Shown here in pieces: positions 41,067-57,121 of a stretch of 64,000 nt of DNA. Below the pieces are notes generated by a model. The model saw nothing but the letters and a program-made list of their open reading frames with translations, was not told where the DNA came from and ran no database searches. Position 1 is the first letter of the stretch, and each line of letters begins with the position of its first letter. Source of the DNA: Eledone cirrhosa (Eukaryota); contig OZ024747.1 in the NCBI GenBank assembly GCA_964016885.1, forward strand, positions 25,978,001-26,042,000, in the 5' to 3' direction. Position numbers and translations under genes: made by a program.

Positions 41067-41601
41067 AAACGAAGGAGTTGTGGTAAGGAACCAGATGGAC
41101 CATAACGCACCAGAGTACTCAATACTTAGGGTAGTAGAGTGGGTAATAGGAGAAAGTATGACCCCGACGGCAGAGCTCAAGCCGTTTCGACGGCTATTTC
41201 TGGTGACAGTGAAGTTTGCAATTTTCAACAGTTGAAAATTGCAAACTTGACTGTCACCACTGAATATGAACCTGAAGATTGCGAAAGCATGAAAGTACTT
41301 GTTCAATTAACACTTAACATTTAATATTCTACCATACTATTTCATTATAATATCATTATAATTTTAAAGGGCAGTATCGGTAGATGGTCGGACATGCTTT
41401 CCAGCATAGTTACGTCCCTTTATGATCTGAGTTCAAATCCCGCCGAGGTTAACTTTGACTTTCATCCTTACGGGGTCGATAAAATAAAGTACCAGTAATG
41501 CACTGGGTAATTGCTGGCCTTGTGCCAAAAGTAGAAACAATTATAATTTTAAAGGATTGTAAATAAAACGAGGAAATCAGACAAAGTTGAAATTCCTCTT
41601 A

Positions 41602-41605
<4 letters not shown>
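41067..41605. mobile_element. Head-to-head chimera of two different PLE-type ends, with hammerhead 41267-41305(+) and a later SINE-N insertion
   Basis: Left part matches 22059-22197; right part is the reverse complement of ~27693-27880. Confidence 0.78.
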
Positions 41606-41671
<66 letters not shown>

Positions 41672-41673
41672 GG

Positions 41674-41715
<42 letters not shown>

Positions 41716-41837
41716 TATTGTTATAATAATTGAACCTGGAGGTTAAAATTCAAAGATAGAGCTGTATATGTAGCAATGGAAGGCAGTGGGTAAATAGAGG
41801 TTGGAGTGGAGGGGTGAAGGTGTGGAATAATTTGGAA

Positions 41838-42010
41838 TGAAGTTGGTGTGGAGTGGTGGTGGTGGTAGTGTGATGGTGGTGGTGCATGTAAATGTAGGAT
41901 ACGTGAGTGAAGTAAAATATGGAAGTTGGTGTGGAGTGGTGGTGGTGGTAGTGTGATGGTGGTGGTGCATGTAAATGTAGGATACGTGAGTGAAGTAAAA
42001 TATGGAAGTT
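41838..42010. repeat. ~85-bp tandem duplication
   Basis: GAAGTTGGTGTGGAGTGG..GTAAAATATG occurs twice. Confidence 0.8.
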
Positions 42011-42175
42011 GAGATAGATGTGGAATGTGAGAAGGGGAGGATCCAAAAGAAGTGAAACATCCACATACACAAACAAACACATATTCACACACAAGCCAAC
42101 AAATATAAATATATGCACACATACTCGCAAACATCCAAGCAAATACACACCTACACACACACACACACAGACACA

Positions 42176-42222
<47 letters not shown>

Positions 42223-42410
42223 CAACAAAATACACATACATACACACATGAGCAAAGGCGTATGCGCACATACACACAACCACGAGCAAATATATATACA
42301 TACATTATATATATCGAGGTTAACTTTGCCTTTCATCCTTACGGGGTCGATAAAATAAAGTACCAGTAATACACTGGGATAATTGCTGGCCTTGTGCCAA
42401 AAGTAGAAAC

Positions 42411-42464
<54 letters not shown>

Positions 42465-42781
42465 TAATTAACGATCTATTAGAGAATCTATCAACTTTTC
42501 ACCCTTCCTGAATAGTTTAACCCTCACGCTATCGTATTTCTAATGAAAAACATTATCTTTGGTGTTAAAATTGTTTTTAAAAATAATCTAGTAATGTAAC
42601 TAACATTCTCATTGTTGAATTGCTATTTGGAACATAACTTAACAAAGGTCCTTTCATAAAAATATTATGAAAAGGTTTTAGATAAATATAAACACTTTAG
42701 GTGTAAAGCAATCGTTTGACAGCCTTGAACGGCTGTAGATTCTACAATATTGAATACTAACCATCGTTAAATCCATATTTT

Positions 42782-43837
42782 GGCCCTTGTGGCCAATAAA
42801 GAAATTATTATTATTATTACAGGGTGGAGAGGCAAGTGCTGCCTTCTAGCAAGTTTGTTGAAAGGTGGGTGAATATAGCGAGAATGGTTCGAGTGAACGG
42901 GACCGCTGTGAATATACGCCTGTAGTTTGAGAAATGGAAAAATTGAGAGAGGGCGCTGGCCCTGGTGATCAGGGTGGCCGTGGTCTTTTGTGTGGTTTTC
43001 GCCACGAGTAACCTTCGGAGGTTTTCCCTCCTATTGGGGAATTTTTCATTGTTTCAATTTTCATTTTTATTGTTTATATATATATGTTTCTATGTCTTTT
43101 TTTTTTTTCTTATATAAATAATAAATATCTTTACACGCACAAAACCCACATCGTACCGTCCTGTGCCGTCTGTAATGTTTTTCTTGATGTCAGCCCTTGT
43201 GGCCAATAAAGAAATCATTATTATTATTATTATTGACTTGTGGAGCTATGTCGAACAGTTGCTGTCGCGTGTAGGACGGATCCAGCTATCAGCTGAGTCC
43301 ATCGTGAGGATTGCCCCGCCCTCTTCCTTTAGCCGGGAAGGGCTGGCAGTTTTTATCTGTCTGGTGGCCATGGCGAAAGAGATAGTATGGTGGACACGTT
43401 TGAAAGGGCTGAAGACGAGCACTTACCTCTTCGGTGATGCTCTGATTAACTTTTTCAAATTTCATTTGAAAAGGAAAATCAGGGTAGAGAGGGAAGTGCT
43501 CTCTTCCCAGCATTTTGTTGAAAGATGGGTGAGAGAGGCAAGAATGGCCCGAGTGAATGGGCCTACTCTGAGTATGTGTCTGTAAATTAAAGGTGGAAAA
43601 CTGGGAGAGGGTACTTGCCCTGGTGGTCAGGGTCACTGTGGCTTTTTAATGGGCTTTCTCCACGAATGTCCCTCGGAAGTCTCCCCACTATTTGGGAATT
43701 TTTTTCATTGTTCTATTATTACATCCTCTGTTTCTTGTTTTTTTTTACACGCAGAAATGCCTTTTGTACCGTCCTGTATTGTCCTGTACTGTCCTTAATG
43801 TCTACTTTATGTAAACTCTTGTGGTTAATAAAGAAAG

Positions 43838-43840
<3 letters not shown>
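42782..43840 (+). mobile_element. Three head-to-tail 5'-truncated Tx1 3' ends separated by (TTA)n (~42782-42804, 42819-43215, 43233-43840)
   Basis: 43233-43840 is nearly identical to ~8853-9456; all end CTTGTGG(C/T)(C/T)AATAAAGAAA. Confidence 0.88.
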
Positions 43841-43868
<28 letters not shown>

Positions 43869-43870
<2 letters not shown>

Positions 43871-44410
43871 AGTTGCATTTATCTTGCTTTATGTTCATAC
43901 GAGTTATCACCAAGTCACAACCAGTGACCTCAAGAGACAACAATGTCCGCCATGTTCAAGAAAGAACATACATATTCACACATGCATCTTTAGTGTTTAG
44001 ACTTGTGATGTACTTATATTGACAGAGTCTTCCTTAGTATATGGGCAGTTCCCATTAATACTATCTTTTGTATTTCTCCTATACGCGGGTTTCCTGGGAT
44101 TTGCGATATGTAATCATTAGACCCCTTAGGTATCATTCCCAGAGCGCCTACAACCACTGGTATTGTTTTAGTTCTCAATTTCCACATTTTTCCAATTTCT
44201 ATCTCCAGGTCCTTATACTTGCTCAATTTTTCAAATGTTTTTATAGATACATTCTTGTCTATTGGAACAGACATATCAATTAGCAGGCATACCCTCTTTT
44301 GAAAGTCTTTCAGGTCTGTTTGCATCTATTTTTCGGTCTGTTTGGATGCTAAAGTTCCACAAGATTGAGATGTGATCTTTTTCAAGTATGGGAGGTGGTT
44401 GATGCTCCCA
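43869..44410 (-). mobile_element. R4-b 3' fragment
   Basis: Reverse complement of ~1978-2532 with a small internal deletion. Confidence 0.9.
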
Positions 44411-44439
44411 TTATTATTATTATTATTATTATTATTGTT

Positions 44440-44912
44440 ATTCCTTGAATCTCAGTCATTGATGTTGGTTAACTGGAAAGTCCGTTGGATTGAATATCAA
44501 GCCACTACCTGCAGCCTCAGATATTCAGGACGTATCGGAGGGTTCTTGCTGTTCCAAGCAAGCATGCCTTTTGAAGCGTTCCAAAAAGCGTGAAGGGGCC
44601 GATTTTCTTTAACCATCCCTGGAAACCTTTGGAGATAGTCCCCAGTGCGCCTATGACAATCGGGATCACTTTGACTTCATGGCAGTTCCAAATAACAGTT
44701 CTATTCAATTCTTTCGTCCAGTTGGTTCTGGCCCCTTTCCTTCTTCTTCTTCCTCCAACATCAGCAGTATTTGGTTGACAGTCAGGTTCCTGCTGCTGAG
44801 CCAGGGGGCACCTGTTGGGTGAGAGTCTGTCACATGACGTTCTAGTCTCCATTTCACCGTTATTCGAACTGTTTATGTTCGATATTTAAACACTCTTATC
44901 GAGGATTGGCGA

Positions 44913-44913
<1 letters not shown>
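44440..44913 (-). mobile_element. Internally deleted R4-a derivative (5' end fused to 3' end)
   Basis: ORF 44517-44852: N-terminal RTNWTKELN motif joined in frame to WNCHEVKVIP..YVLNI; (TAA)n on both sides. Confidence 0.78.
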
Positions 44914-44972
<59 letters not shown>

Positions 44973-45051
44973 ATAAAATAAAGTACCAGTAATGTACTGG
45001 GTAATTGCTGGCCTTGTGCCTAAAGTAGAAACAATTATTATTATTATTATT

Positions 45052-45605
45052 ACTTCAGTATTTATCATCACCGACTTTGATGTTGCTTTGAGCCCGTTAT
45101 TTTAAAGAATACCGGGCTACAACAAGTAACCTAACTTTTTCGTATCATTCCTTGTTATTTCACTACTGCTGGTAGTCCGGCATCTTTCTCAATATTCGGG
45201 CTGTTCCCAGTAGGCATGACTTCTGGGGTGGTTCAGTCCCTTGTGCAAAGTCTATTTTTGACAAGTAGTTTTCAAGGTTCTTTGTCACCATGCTAAGGGC
45301 ACCAATCACCACTGGGTCAATGGTGACTGCCTTCATTTCATTACTACAGCATCTCAAGATCTCACATTTTAGTCAGTATAAGCCACTAATTTCTCCTCTT
45401 TTTGTTCAATTCTGGTGTCAAAAGGACAAGCTACGTCTACAAAGGTACAGTTTCTTCTCAATTCTAGTCCGCTGTGTTCAATATTCATCTGGATCTTAAT
45501 TGGGAAGTCTCATAAGAACTTTATCTCATCGTTCGCTATCATTCTCATCTTATTTGTGAAACTATATTCATACCTTTTTTCTGCACATAGAAAGCCATGC
45601 TTTGG
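45052..45605 (-). mobile_element. Degenerate R4-like REL 3' fragment
   Basis: PVVIGALS..QKSCLLGTARILRK. Confidence 0.72.
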
Positions 45606-46250
45606 AGCATAGACTTATGGCCCTTTATGATCTCAGTTCAAATCCCACCGAGGTTAAGTTTGCTTTTCATCCTTACACGGTCGATAAAATAAAGTACCAG
45701 TCACGCACTGGGGTCTACTTAATCGACTTTTCCCCTCCCACAAAATTGCTGGCCTTGTGCCTATATAAGAAACCATTAATATTATCATCCTAGGGCGGTG
45801 GATTGGCAGTATCGGTAGAGGGTCGGACGCCATGCTTTGACGTATAGAGTTACGGCCCTTGCCATACTGAGTTCAAATCCCGCCGAGGTTAACTTTGCCT
45901 TTCATCCTTAAGGGGTCGATAAAATAAAGTAGCAGTAATGTACTGGGTAATTGCTGGCCTTGTTCCAAAAGTAGAAACAATTAATATTATCATCCTTATT
46001 ATTAGTTGTAGTAGTGGTTGTAGCCGCAGTAGTAGTAGTGGTAGTAGTTGCAGTAGTAGCAGACAAATGAAATAAATAAGACAATTCTGAAAGCTTGTGG
46101 TGCGAGAGGAAACCAACCTATCTTTACTTTTAATGGCCATCGCAAAAATACACTTCAGAAACCATCTTGAACCATCGGCCGCTGTCATTTATTTTATCTA
46201 CAAACCAACCATGTATTTGAAAGCAGCAGAAAACTTAATATTTACAAATA

Positions 46251-46334
<84 letters not shown>

Positions 46335-46516
46335 TCATATATACATATGTATATATATGTACATATATACATATATATATATATATATGCATATATATGT
46401 ATATATATGTATATATATGTATATATATATATATATATATGTATACATATATATATATATATGTGTGTGTGTGTACATATATATATGTGTGGGGGGTGTT
46501 ATGTGTGGGTGTGTGG

Positions 46517-46634
<118 letters not shown>

Positions 46635-46923
46635 CTTTATAGGACTATGTAACAGTGGAATCGTGGTATAATTGTATAATGGAATAGATGGAATACTCGA
46701 ATAAATGAATGCTGGAATTGACAAGGAAGAACACACTTGACAGAGAAGAAGCCATTAGAAATAATTGTATTCTATTTGTAAAAATGGTGTGAAAATTAAG
46801 ATACACATTTCATAAAAACATCAACAAAATAAAAAGAAAAAGAGAAACAAATTTCTATTTTAGCCATATAGTCACCAGACAGTAGGAAGACTACGTATTG
46901 ATTTTCATATATATCTATATCTA

Positions 46924-48660
<1,737 letters not shown>

Positions 48661-48662
<2 letters not shown>

Positions 48663-51600
48663 GCGAAAACACAACATCGACTTCTCTACCAAGAACACCC
48701 CAGTCCCACCGAAAAAACTTTACCTTAGGATGCTCACGCAAAAAATCGATCTATTTGCGAAAAGACTTAGATGGAGAACTATTTTCTACGACAGATATTG
48801 CGACAATCAGGACTTCGGTACCAAGGAGAGATTCGGATTTATTACCTACAAATCTCCCCCCCACCTCCCGAACCCTATGCTCTCACCCCTCGAGAATGTC
48901 CTTTTCCAACTGGTCAAGAACATTAAATTAAAACCCAGACACAACCGATTCCTACAAAAACTCCGTAGCAACTTAACAGAGTATGATAACACCAATGACA
49001 TCATGGTGCACTCGGATAAAACTGGTAACCTCTACTTTGTCAACCCCGACAGATACCACACACTGATCAGGAGCAGCCTAAACTCCACCTATAAAAAGGC
49101 TAACCACTCATGCATCGAGGACATAAATCGAGATGGACAACAAATTACCTCCAGCCTCGGGGTCGCCGACCGCACGGAACCCCTAGACCCACGGACACCC
49201 TACTTCACACTGAAGGACCACAAATCCGATTTCGACCGTAAACCTTCTATCAGGCTTATAAACCCAACGAAGTCCGACATAGGGAGAATCAGCAAAAAAA
49301 TCCCAGACCGCGTTATACCAAAAGTTAAGCAACACGCCAGACTTAGCCTATGGGTCAACACCCAGGAAGTAATCTCATGGTTCAGCAATATGGAGGAAAA
49401 ACGAGACACTAAATTCATCCAGTTTGACATAGAGAGTTACTATGCTTCAATTACCTTACCGCTACTTACGGCTGCCTTGGACTTCGCCGAAACACTTGTG
49501 CCCATCACCGACCAGGAAAGAAATATCATCCTCCACGCCAGGAAGACAGTCCTACTCTTCGACAACTCCAAATGGATAAAGAGAGCTCCCGACTCACCCT
49601 TCGACGTCAGCATGGGCGCGACGGATTCGGCTGAGGTCACAGATCTTATAGGATTATTCCTAATAGCCAAACTCACCGATATGTTTCCTGCATTCGGCGG
49701 TGGATTGTACCGTGATGATGGGCTCATTACCCTTAAAGGGTACAACCCCAGTAGTACAGATCGGGTCCGTAAACAATTAATCAGCTTCTTCCGCGACTGG
49801 GGATTTAAAATAACCCTACAAACGTCCCTGACCCGAGTAAACTTCCTGGACGTTACCCTTGACCTCGATAATGATCTGTACTACCCATACAGGAAACCCA
49901 ACGACAACCTGCACTACATCCACCGCCGGTAAAACCATCCTAGGAACATCACCAATAACCTGGTTAAAAACATCTCCCTCCGCATATCTCGTTTGTCAGC
50001 TAATGAGCAGATATTCGAGGAACATGCGCCTTATTACAACCAGGCCCTCAAGCGGAGTGATTTCCGGGAGGAAATATCCTACTATCCAGCTTCCATTAGC
50101 GGAACCAGCAGGCGACACCGCCGCTCACGCAATGTAACATGGTTCAATCCTCCCCCACAACGCCGAGGTGACAACTCCTATCGGGAAAATCTTCTTTAGG
50201 CTCATTGAAAAACACTTCCCACTACAACACCGCTACCACAACATAATTAACAAAAATGCCATAAAACTCTCCTACAGCACCACACCAAACTTTGCACAAA
50301 ACATCGTCTCCTCTAACAACAAAAAACTCAGCCCCTATGGAAGAAATAACCTAAATAGCAGTGGAGAGCCGACCAGGAGGTGCAACTGTCCTGATGGATC
50401 CATTTGCCCCCTCGACAACAGATGCAGAGATCGTAATGTGATCTACCAGTGCAACGTGAGGACGGACACCTCCAACAAAGCTTATATAGGATTAACCGCA
50501 TGTGACTTCAAGACCCGGCTATACCAACACAGACATACCTTCCGAAATCCGGCCCGGCGTCACGCCACTACACTTTCGGGCCACATATGGGACCTCAAGG
50601 ATAACAATATTACCTATGATCTCACTTGGAGCTTACTGTCCAGAGCCAACTCTTACACGAGAGGACGCCGTCCGTGCAATTTATGCTCGGAGGAAACTTT
50701 ACAAATGCTGTTTTCGACGGATCAACTCCTAAACAAGAAAGATGAACTGGCAACTGCATGTAAACACAGATTGCGTAGGACTTACCTCGCCCTCAAACCC
50801 CATAATGACCCGAGGGGGGTAGACTAGGGCTATAACACCCCACTTGCCGATTTTGTAATGGGTAACCCCTGCTTGCAAAGGTAGACGTAAGATCTTTTAT
50901 ATCTTTTTATCGCTTCCTCTATATTTCCTTCTTCCCCCCATCCCTCCCTAGTCCTTTCACCCCAGTCCTCTTTCTTTGTCGTCGTCCTTTTCCCCTTCTC
51001 GCCCACCCGAGGCAGCCCCTCGGTCCTTTGTAGCCTCAGGACCCCCACCCCCTTCCCCTATTCTATGATAGAATTGACCGACTCCGCTTTTTATAGCAGA
51101 TGTGTTAGACGCCGGATACTTGCCTTCTTATCCGATGGCTGCACCTTTTCCGTGCTTTCTATATTTCTTAGTGGTATCTTTGCTTTAATTTCTCGTATAT
51201 CAGTATTTTTTTTTTGGGGGGGGGGGGGATTCTGAATTAATTTTCCGTATCAAATTTTTCATATACTTCGTACGAGCATTTATGTAGTTTGCACTAGAAT
51301 TTTTGTATCGTGGCGGCACTCTTAGAGATAGTATTAGTATTCTTTTTCGGGATTCTGAATTATTATTTCGTATTAGTTTATTTTTTTGCACTGGGTGGTT
51401 GCTGGCCTTGTGCCTGGGGTAGAAACCTTTATTTCGTACTGGTCTCGGGACTCTGAATTATTATTTCGTGGTAGTTTCTTTAGTATTTTGGCCCCCCACT
51501 TGTTGACCCGTCACCGTAAGATATACTCGGTTGATTACTTATACCTCTTAAAAGGGTCTCATTATAATTCCGTCCCACCTAGTAAACCTTTCTTTAGTCT

Positions 51601-52072
51601 AGCAGTACCAGTGAGAGACTTGATAGCTGTCCTTAGGTTATAGTAACCAGAAATTGTTTTTTTTTACATTTAATTGTTTTTTAACATTCTCGGTATTTTT
51701 CTATATATTTACCCCATATTGTTTTACTTATTGTTTCGTCTTCCTCCCCCTCCCCCTCCCTAGTATACTTCTTTGACCTCCTACCCAGCTGTAGTTGGCA
51801 CTATCAACGCACGACTGGGTTTCCTCCACCTCATCTCCCTCTTTCTTCTACTGGCAGGTTCAGCTACCCCTTCCCTCCACAAATTGCCATGATAGAATTA
51901 TGTGTCTCAACAACAAAATTTTGACCAATCCTTGTGACAATCACTTTTACCATATATGGAATTACCCCCTGAGAAGCTCGGCTATTCATATACCAGGATA
52001 AAAATTTTCATTTAGTCCAGAATTAGCCGTCGAAACGGCTTGAGCTCAGCCGTCGGGGTCCTACTCGTTCCT
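48661..52072 (+). mobile_element. Near full-length Penelope-like element (PLE-B, Neptune/Nematis-like), disabled
   Basis: RT (SDKTGN, TLKDHK, QFDIESYY, MGA, LYRDDG, FLDV) then CNC..CPL..C, VIY..YIG GIY-YIG, CNLC; in-frame TAA at 49930 and frameshift ~50160; 1.2-kb 3' UTR ending in a hammerhead-like fold. Confidence 0.9.
51964..52059 (+). ncRNA. Type I hammerhead-like fold with variant core (CTGAGAA) at the PLE-B 3' end
   Basis: ACCCC-CTGAGAA-..CGGCTA..TAGCCG..-GAAA-CGGCT..AGCCG-TC-GGGGT. Confidence 0.65.
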
Positions 52073-52288
<216 letters not shown>

Positions 52289-54164
52289 TTAGGTCAAAGA
52301 TGTCTGGAAGTCATCCAGTTGTCTAGATTCCCGAACAGCGCATTCCTACAAATGAACGAAGAAGAATGGATGGTTATAAAGTTATAAGTCGACAATAAAA
52401 TGTCCTGGAATGTTCCATTTGGTTCCCACTTCAGGTAATGGATTCCATGTTAAAATATTCGCCATTTCATCTTGGCGAGTTTCACAGTAACTATCCTTTC
52501 CACCTCCATTACTACTACCATCGCCACTACAATAATAGAGGAAGAAGAAGAAGAAGAAGAAGAAGATAATAATGATGGCGAGGGTGATGATTCTGCGGCT
52601 TTTGCTGCTGTTCGTGATAATGATGATGATGATGAAATGCACTGAGGGAAAATGGCTTCCCAGTTTGTACTAAATATAAGAATGGCAAAAGATGTTGTAG
52701 AGATATTATTATAAAGAATAAAGAAGAAGCGGGATAATGGTATTCGGGAGATATTAAAGTACCAGGAACTATAACCCAAGGAATTTTAATTGATTTGTTC
52801 TATACAGACAAACGTAAAGAATTTGTTAGTGCAAAGTTTGATATGAAGTATAGCTTCATTTTGGAGCATACAAACCACTGTATGTATGTATGTATGTATG
52901 TATGTATGTATGTATGTATGTATGTATGTATGTATGTATGTATGTATGTATGTATGTTTTCTCTTTCTCTTAATTTCGAGTATATTTTTTGACCGGCCAC
53001 CTTCCTGGTGTATGTATGTATGTATGTATGTATGTATGTATGTATGTATGTATGTATGTATGTATGTATGTATTTATGTATGTATTTATGTATGTATGTA
53101 TGTATGTATGTATGTATTTATGAATACATTCATGTTTCTCTCTTTCTCTTTAAAAGTTTAATTTTGACCGGCCACCTTCTCGGTGGCAAAGTTGTAAAGA
53201 AAAAGACATACCCATATATACTTGTTTGTTTGTTCGTTTGTATGTATGTATGTATGTCGGGTCACTCTTGAGTGCTACTGGAATTTAGCTTCAAACATAG
53301 CTGTATACAACATGTCGCATGGTCGGATTGTTGGCGACTAAACCGGCAACCCCAACAAGTTTACTTGGTGAAGAGGGTGATTTTGGACACCCTGCAGAAC
53401 AAAAAACAAAACCTGACAAAGGGCGGAAGAACTCATAAGAGTCTACGGCCATCCAAAAATGTGTAAATATGAATATATATGTATATATATATATGTATAT
53501 ACATGTATGCATGTGTATGTATATGCACGGGTTCATAGAAATAATCGGGTTGGATACCCGAACGCGCGGTTAAACCACTTGGAGTGAAGGTCCCCTAGCC
53601 TTTGCCAGGGCATTCTTCTAGAAGGTAACTCAGGAAACTGGGAAAACTCCGACATTAAACCTACCGCTCGGTAGTTACTGATGATGTAGATCTTTTCTTC
53701 TTTTCGGGTTATAGCTATTGTCGCTCAGAGAGTGGGATTGGCTCAGTGCACAGTCTTTAAAAAAAAATCTTCACGCAAAGGCATTCCAGGATAGAATTAA
53801 TTAATAATTATTAAGAATATTATATTGTGCAATGGCCACACTCGATAACGAGGTGGCAGGCAAATGTATGTATATATGTATGTATGATATGTTGAAACAG
53901 TGACATGTACAGGTACTTAAATGTCGTAGGGTTAGTCACCCCCAACTCATTCAGTATCTGTATATGTCACTGTTGTAACTAATTATACTTAACTCGTCCT
54001 ATGTGTTCTTACCCTTGGATATTTATACCAAATGTGTATTACATATATATAAACCTTTGCATAAGATGTTTACCAACCGGGTTGTGTATGTAACATTCCA
54101 ATTTCAATATCGGCTATGGGTAAGGGGACGGACGATGTTTGTTCTTCCACACTCCGTTCCCTTA

Positions 54165-54197
<33 letters not shown>

Positions 54198-54888
54198 CCG
54201 GATTCAATCGGGGGTAACTACAGTAAGTAAGGTACTCAATACATAGTAGAGTATAAATATTTAATATAGAAATGGCTTCTACAGGACTAGAACTGTTTCA
54301 TTCGGAAGAAATCATCAAGAATATATATATTGTTTTCTTTTTATTCAATTACTGGACACTACACGCTGTCCTACCCGGGAATCGAACTTACAACCTCCGT
54401 ACGATTGTAAGTACAAAACACTCTAACCACTAGGCTACAACGCGCCTTCATAATTACGTAATCTCAAGCAGTTATATTAAACCTGGCATGAATTCATAGA
54501 AGACAATCTCGCAGATACAAATGAAATAACATTGTATGAAACGAATATCATTTTTATTGGTAGAGGAATATTCCAAGTGAACACTCAATCTCAACATTGT
54601 TCCAAACTCGTTTGAATTCGATCAAAATACCATGCGAGGACATTCAACCATGTTTTGTATATTGATGACCTCAGAGCTGACATAGAAATAATTTTTTGAT
54701 TGCGACAAAAGATCAACGACTTCCTATCATAAAATACTCCGAAAAAATCCGTAATGAAACATAATATATATAAAAATATATATATTATTGAAGAATATGT
54801 GGTGGTTGGAAAGATGCAATCAATCATACCGTTTCTGGGTGCCCAGGTACATCCTATATATAAATATATGAAAATATACATGTGCGTA

Positions 54889-54940
<52 letters not shown>

Positions 54941-54950
54941 CGTATGCATG

Positions 54951-55004
<54 letters not shown>

Positions 55005-55015
55005 TTCACACACAC

Positions 55016-55134
<119 letters not shown>

Positions 55135-55634
55135 ATCTGCATTTTGTTTACATAAACGCACACACACACACACATATGTATGTATATATGTATGTATACA
55201 TACATGGTGGCTGCCAACTCGTTTTCGAGTACGGCCACTACTTTATATCCATGTAGGAGAACCCCTACCGATGCGCTGAACGAGTGTGACTTTTTAGTCC
55301 AGCCAGCGACTTGAAAACTCTGGTACAAACACTACACTTGTGACAATTATTGACACATAGTGCTGGGCCCATGGTACCATGTTACGACAGGTGCAGAGAG
55401 ATCTCCAGATATAAAGCAATGCCTGTGCCGTGAAGCTTTTATAGTGAGCAAAGGCACTGCACAAAGCCAGTCCCACTCTCTTAACCAAGATGATATTTAC
55501 CAAAAAGAAGAACAAGTCAACATCATTGGATACCATCAGGGTTGCAGGTGTTATATCAGAGTTTTCCTTCTCCTAGAATTCTGCCGTGACAAAGGCTAAG
55601 GGATCATACATACATACATAGGTACATATATATT

Positions 55635-56110
55635 GGAACTCTCTTCCAATCCTCCTCTTCATATCAATTAACACCAAACTCTCTCCCTCACTATATCTGC
55701 CTAACGGAACTCTTTTCCAACCCCCTCTCTATATCAATTACCACCTAACTTTCCCCCCTGTCTACATCAACCATACAACACTCTCTTCCAATATCCCTCT
55801 CTATATCAATTAACATTAAACTCTCTCCCTCTGTATATCTACTACACGGGACTCTCTTCCAACCCCACTTTCTATATCAATAAACATCAATCTCTCTTCT
55901 TCTCTATATACAACACACTCTCTCAACCCCCTTACTATATCAATTACCACCAAACTATCCCCTTCTTTACATCTACCATACAACACTCTCTCTCATTCCC
56001 TCTCACTATCAAACTCTCCTCCTCACTATATCAATTACCACCAAACTCCCCCCCCTCTCTATATCTAATACACAGCACTCTCTTCCAATTCCCCTCTCTA
56101 TATCTATATC
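55635..56110. repeat. Pyrimidine-rich minisatellite, ~60-bp unit
   Basis: Recurrent CTCTCTTCCAA..TATATCAATTA.CACCAAACT. Confidence 0.8.
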
Positions 56111-56237
56111 TATCTCTCCCATCTGTCTCTACCTAACATATACATAAATTGTAGCGCATAGTCAAATAGATGTGTTTTGGTAGTTTGGGAAGAAAAGTAT
56201 AATTATCGGTCGCAATTGAAGGAAGTGACAGAGGTCC

Positions 56238-56370
<133 letters not shown>

Positions 56371-56662
56371 TTATCGTTAATAAAATCACTATTTGTCAAT
56401 ACTTCTATTTTATTTATTTATTTTCCACTATTTGCTTTCGTTTTCATTGTGTTAAGCGGCCTGCCTTTTTCTTTTTGTTGCTGTTCTTGTCGACTTCATT
56501 ATTTACAAAATAAAGAGATGTGTAATCTGTTATTAAACGCCAACCTTCTACTTCTTTTTTGTTTTTAATTTTTTGTCTGTTTGTGGTTTGATGGAATTAC
56601 ATGTTCTATGAAATTACGTAATTTGGTTACTTTTATAGATTTGATCATGATCTCTTTTATAG

Positions 56663-56870
56663 ATTTGGAATTGTTTTTACAACTCTTCAAGAGATTCTGT
56701 TAGCACCAGGAAGTAAAACCAATAATATAGGTTTGAGGATAGAGTCCGGGTGGATACCAAGCTACCCGTTTTCTAAACTCTTCACTGAACTCACTGCTAA
56801 CCCTAAGCTTACTAACAGTATCATCATACATGACTTGAATGGTTCCTACAAGCCATTCATGAACAACTAG
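56663..56870 (+). CDS. Candidate terminal coding exon of an unidentified host gene
   Basis: TCTCTTTTATAG acceptor, 68 open codons (FGIVFTTLQEILLAPG..YKPFMNN*), AATAAA ~43 nt after the stop. Confidence 0.42.
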
Positions 56871-57121
56871 CTTCTATTGTTAACGTCACAAAGGATGCTG
56901 TCGAAAGCCTTCAATAAATGCAAAGTGTAATGATATGTTTTCAGTTAAGAACTTCTCATGTGCAAACAAAATCCAAATAATTCAGAACAACCTATTTGTA
57001 TTAGTCCAAACGAAAGAAAAGAATCTTCATTCACTTTGAAACGATAAAATTATTCCAAAAATTTTGTTTCATAGCTGTCAGGAGCACCACAAAAAGACGT
57101 TTTGACAGATCGACAGTGAGT

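Noticed and set aside
49930-49932. Selenocysteine-type recoding in PLE-B
   Set aside because: The in-frame stop is TAA, not TGA, and a frameshift follows
55204-55290. HDV-like ribozyme at the end of the 555-bp retroposon
   Set aside because: P3/L3 cannot be formed; local hairpins explain the pairing, and the truncation pattern marks this as the 3' end
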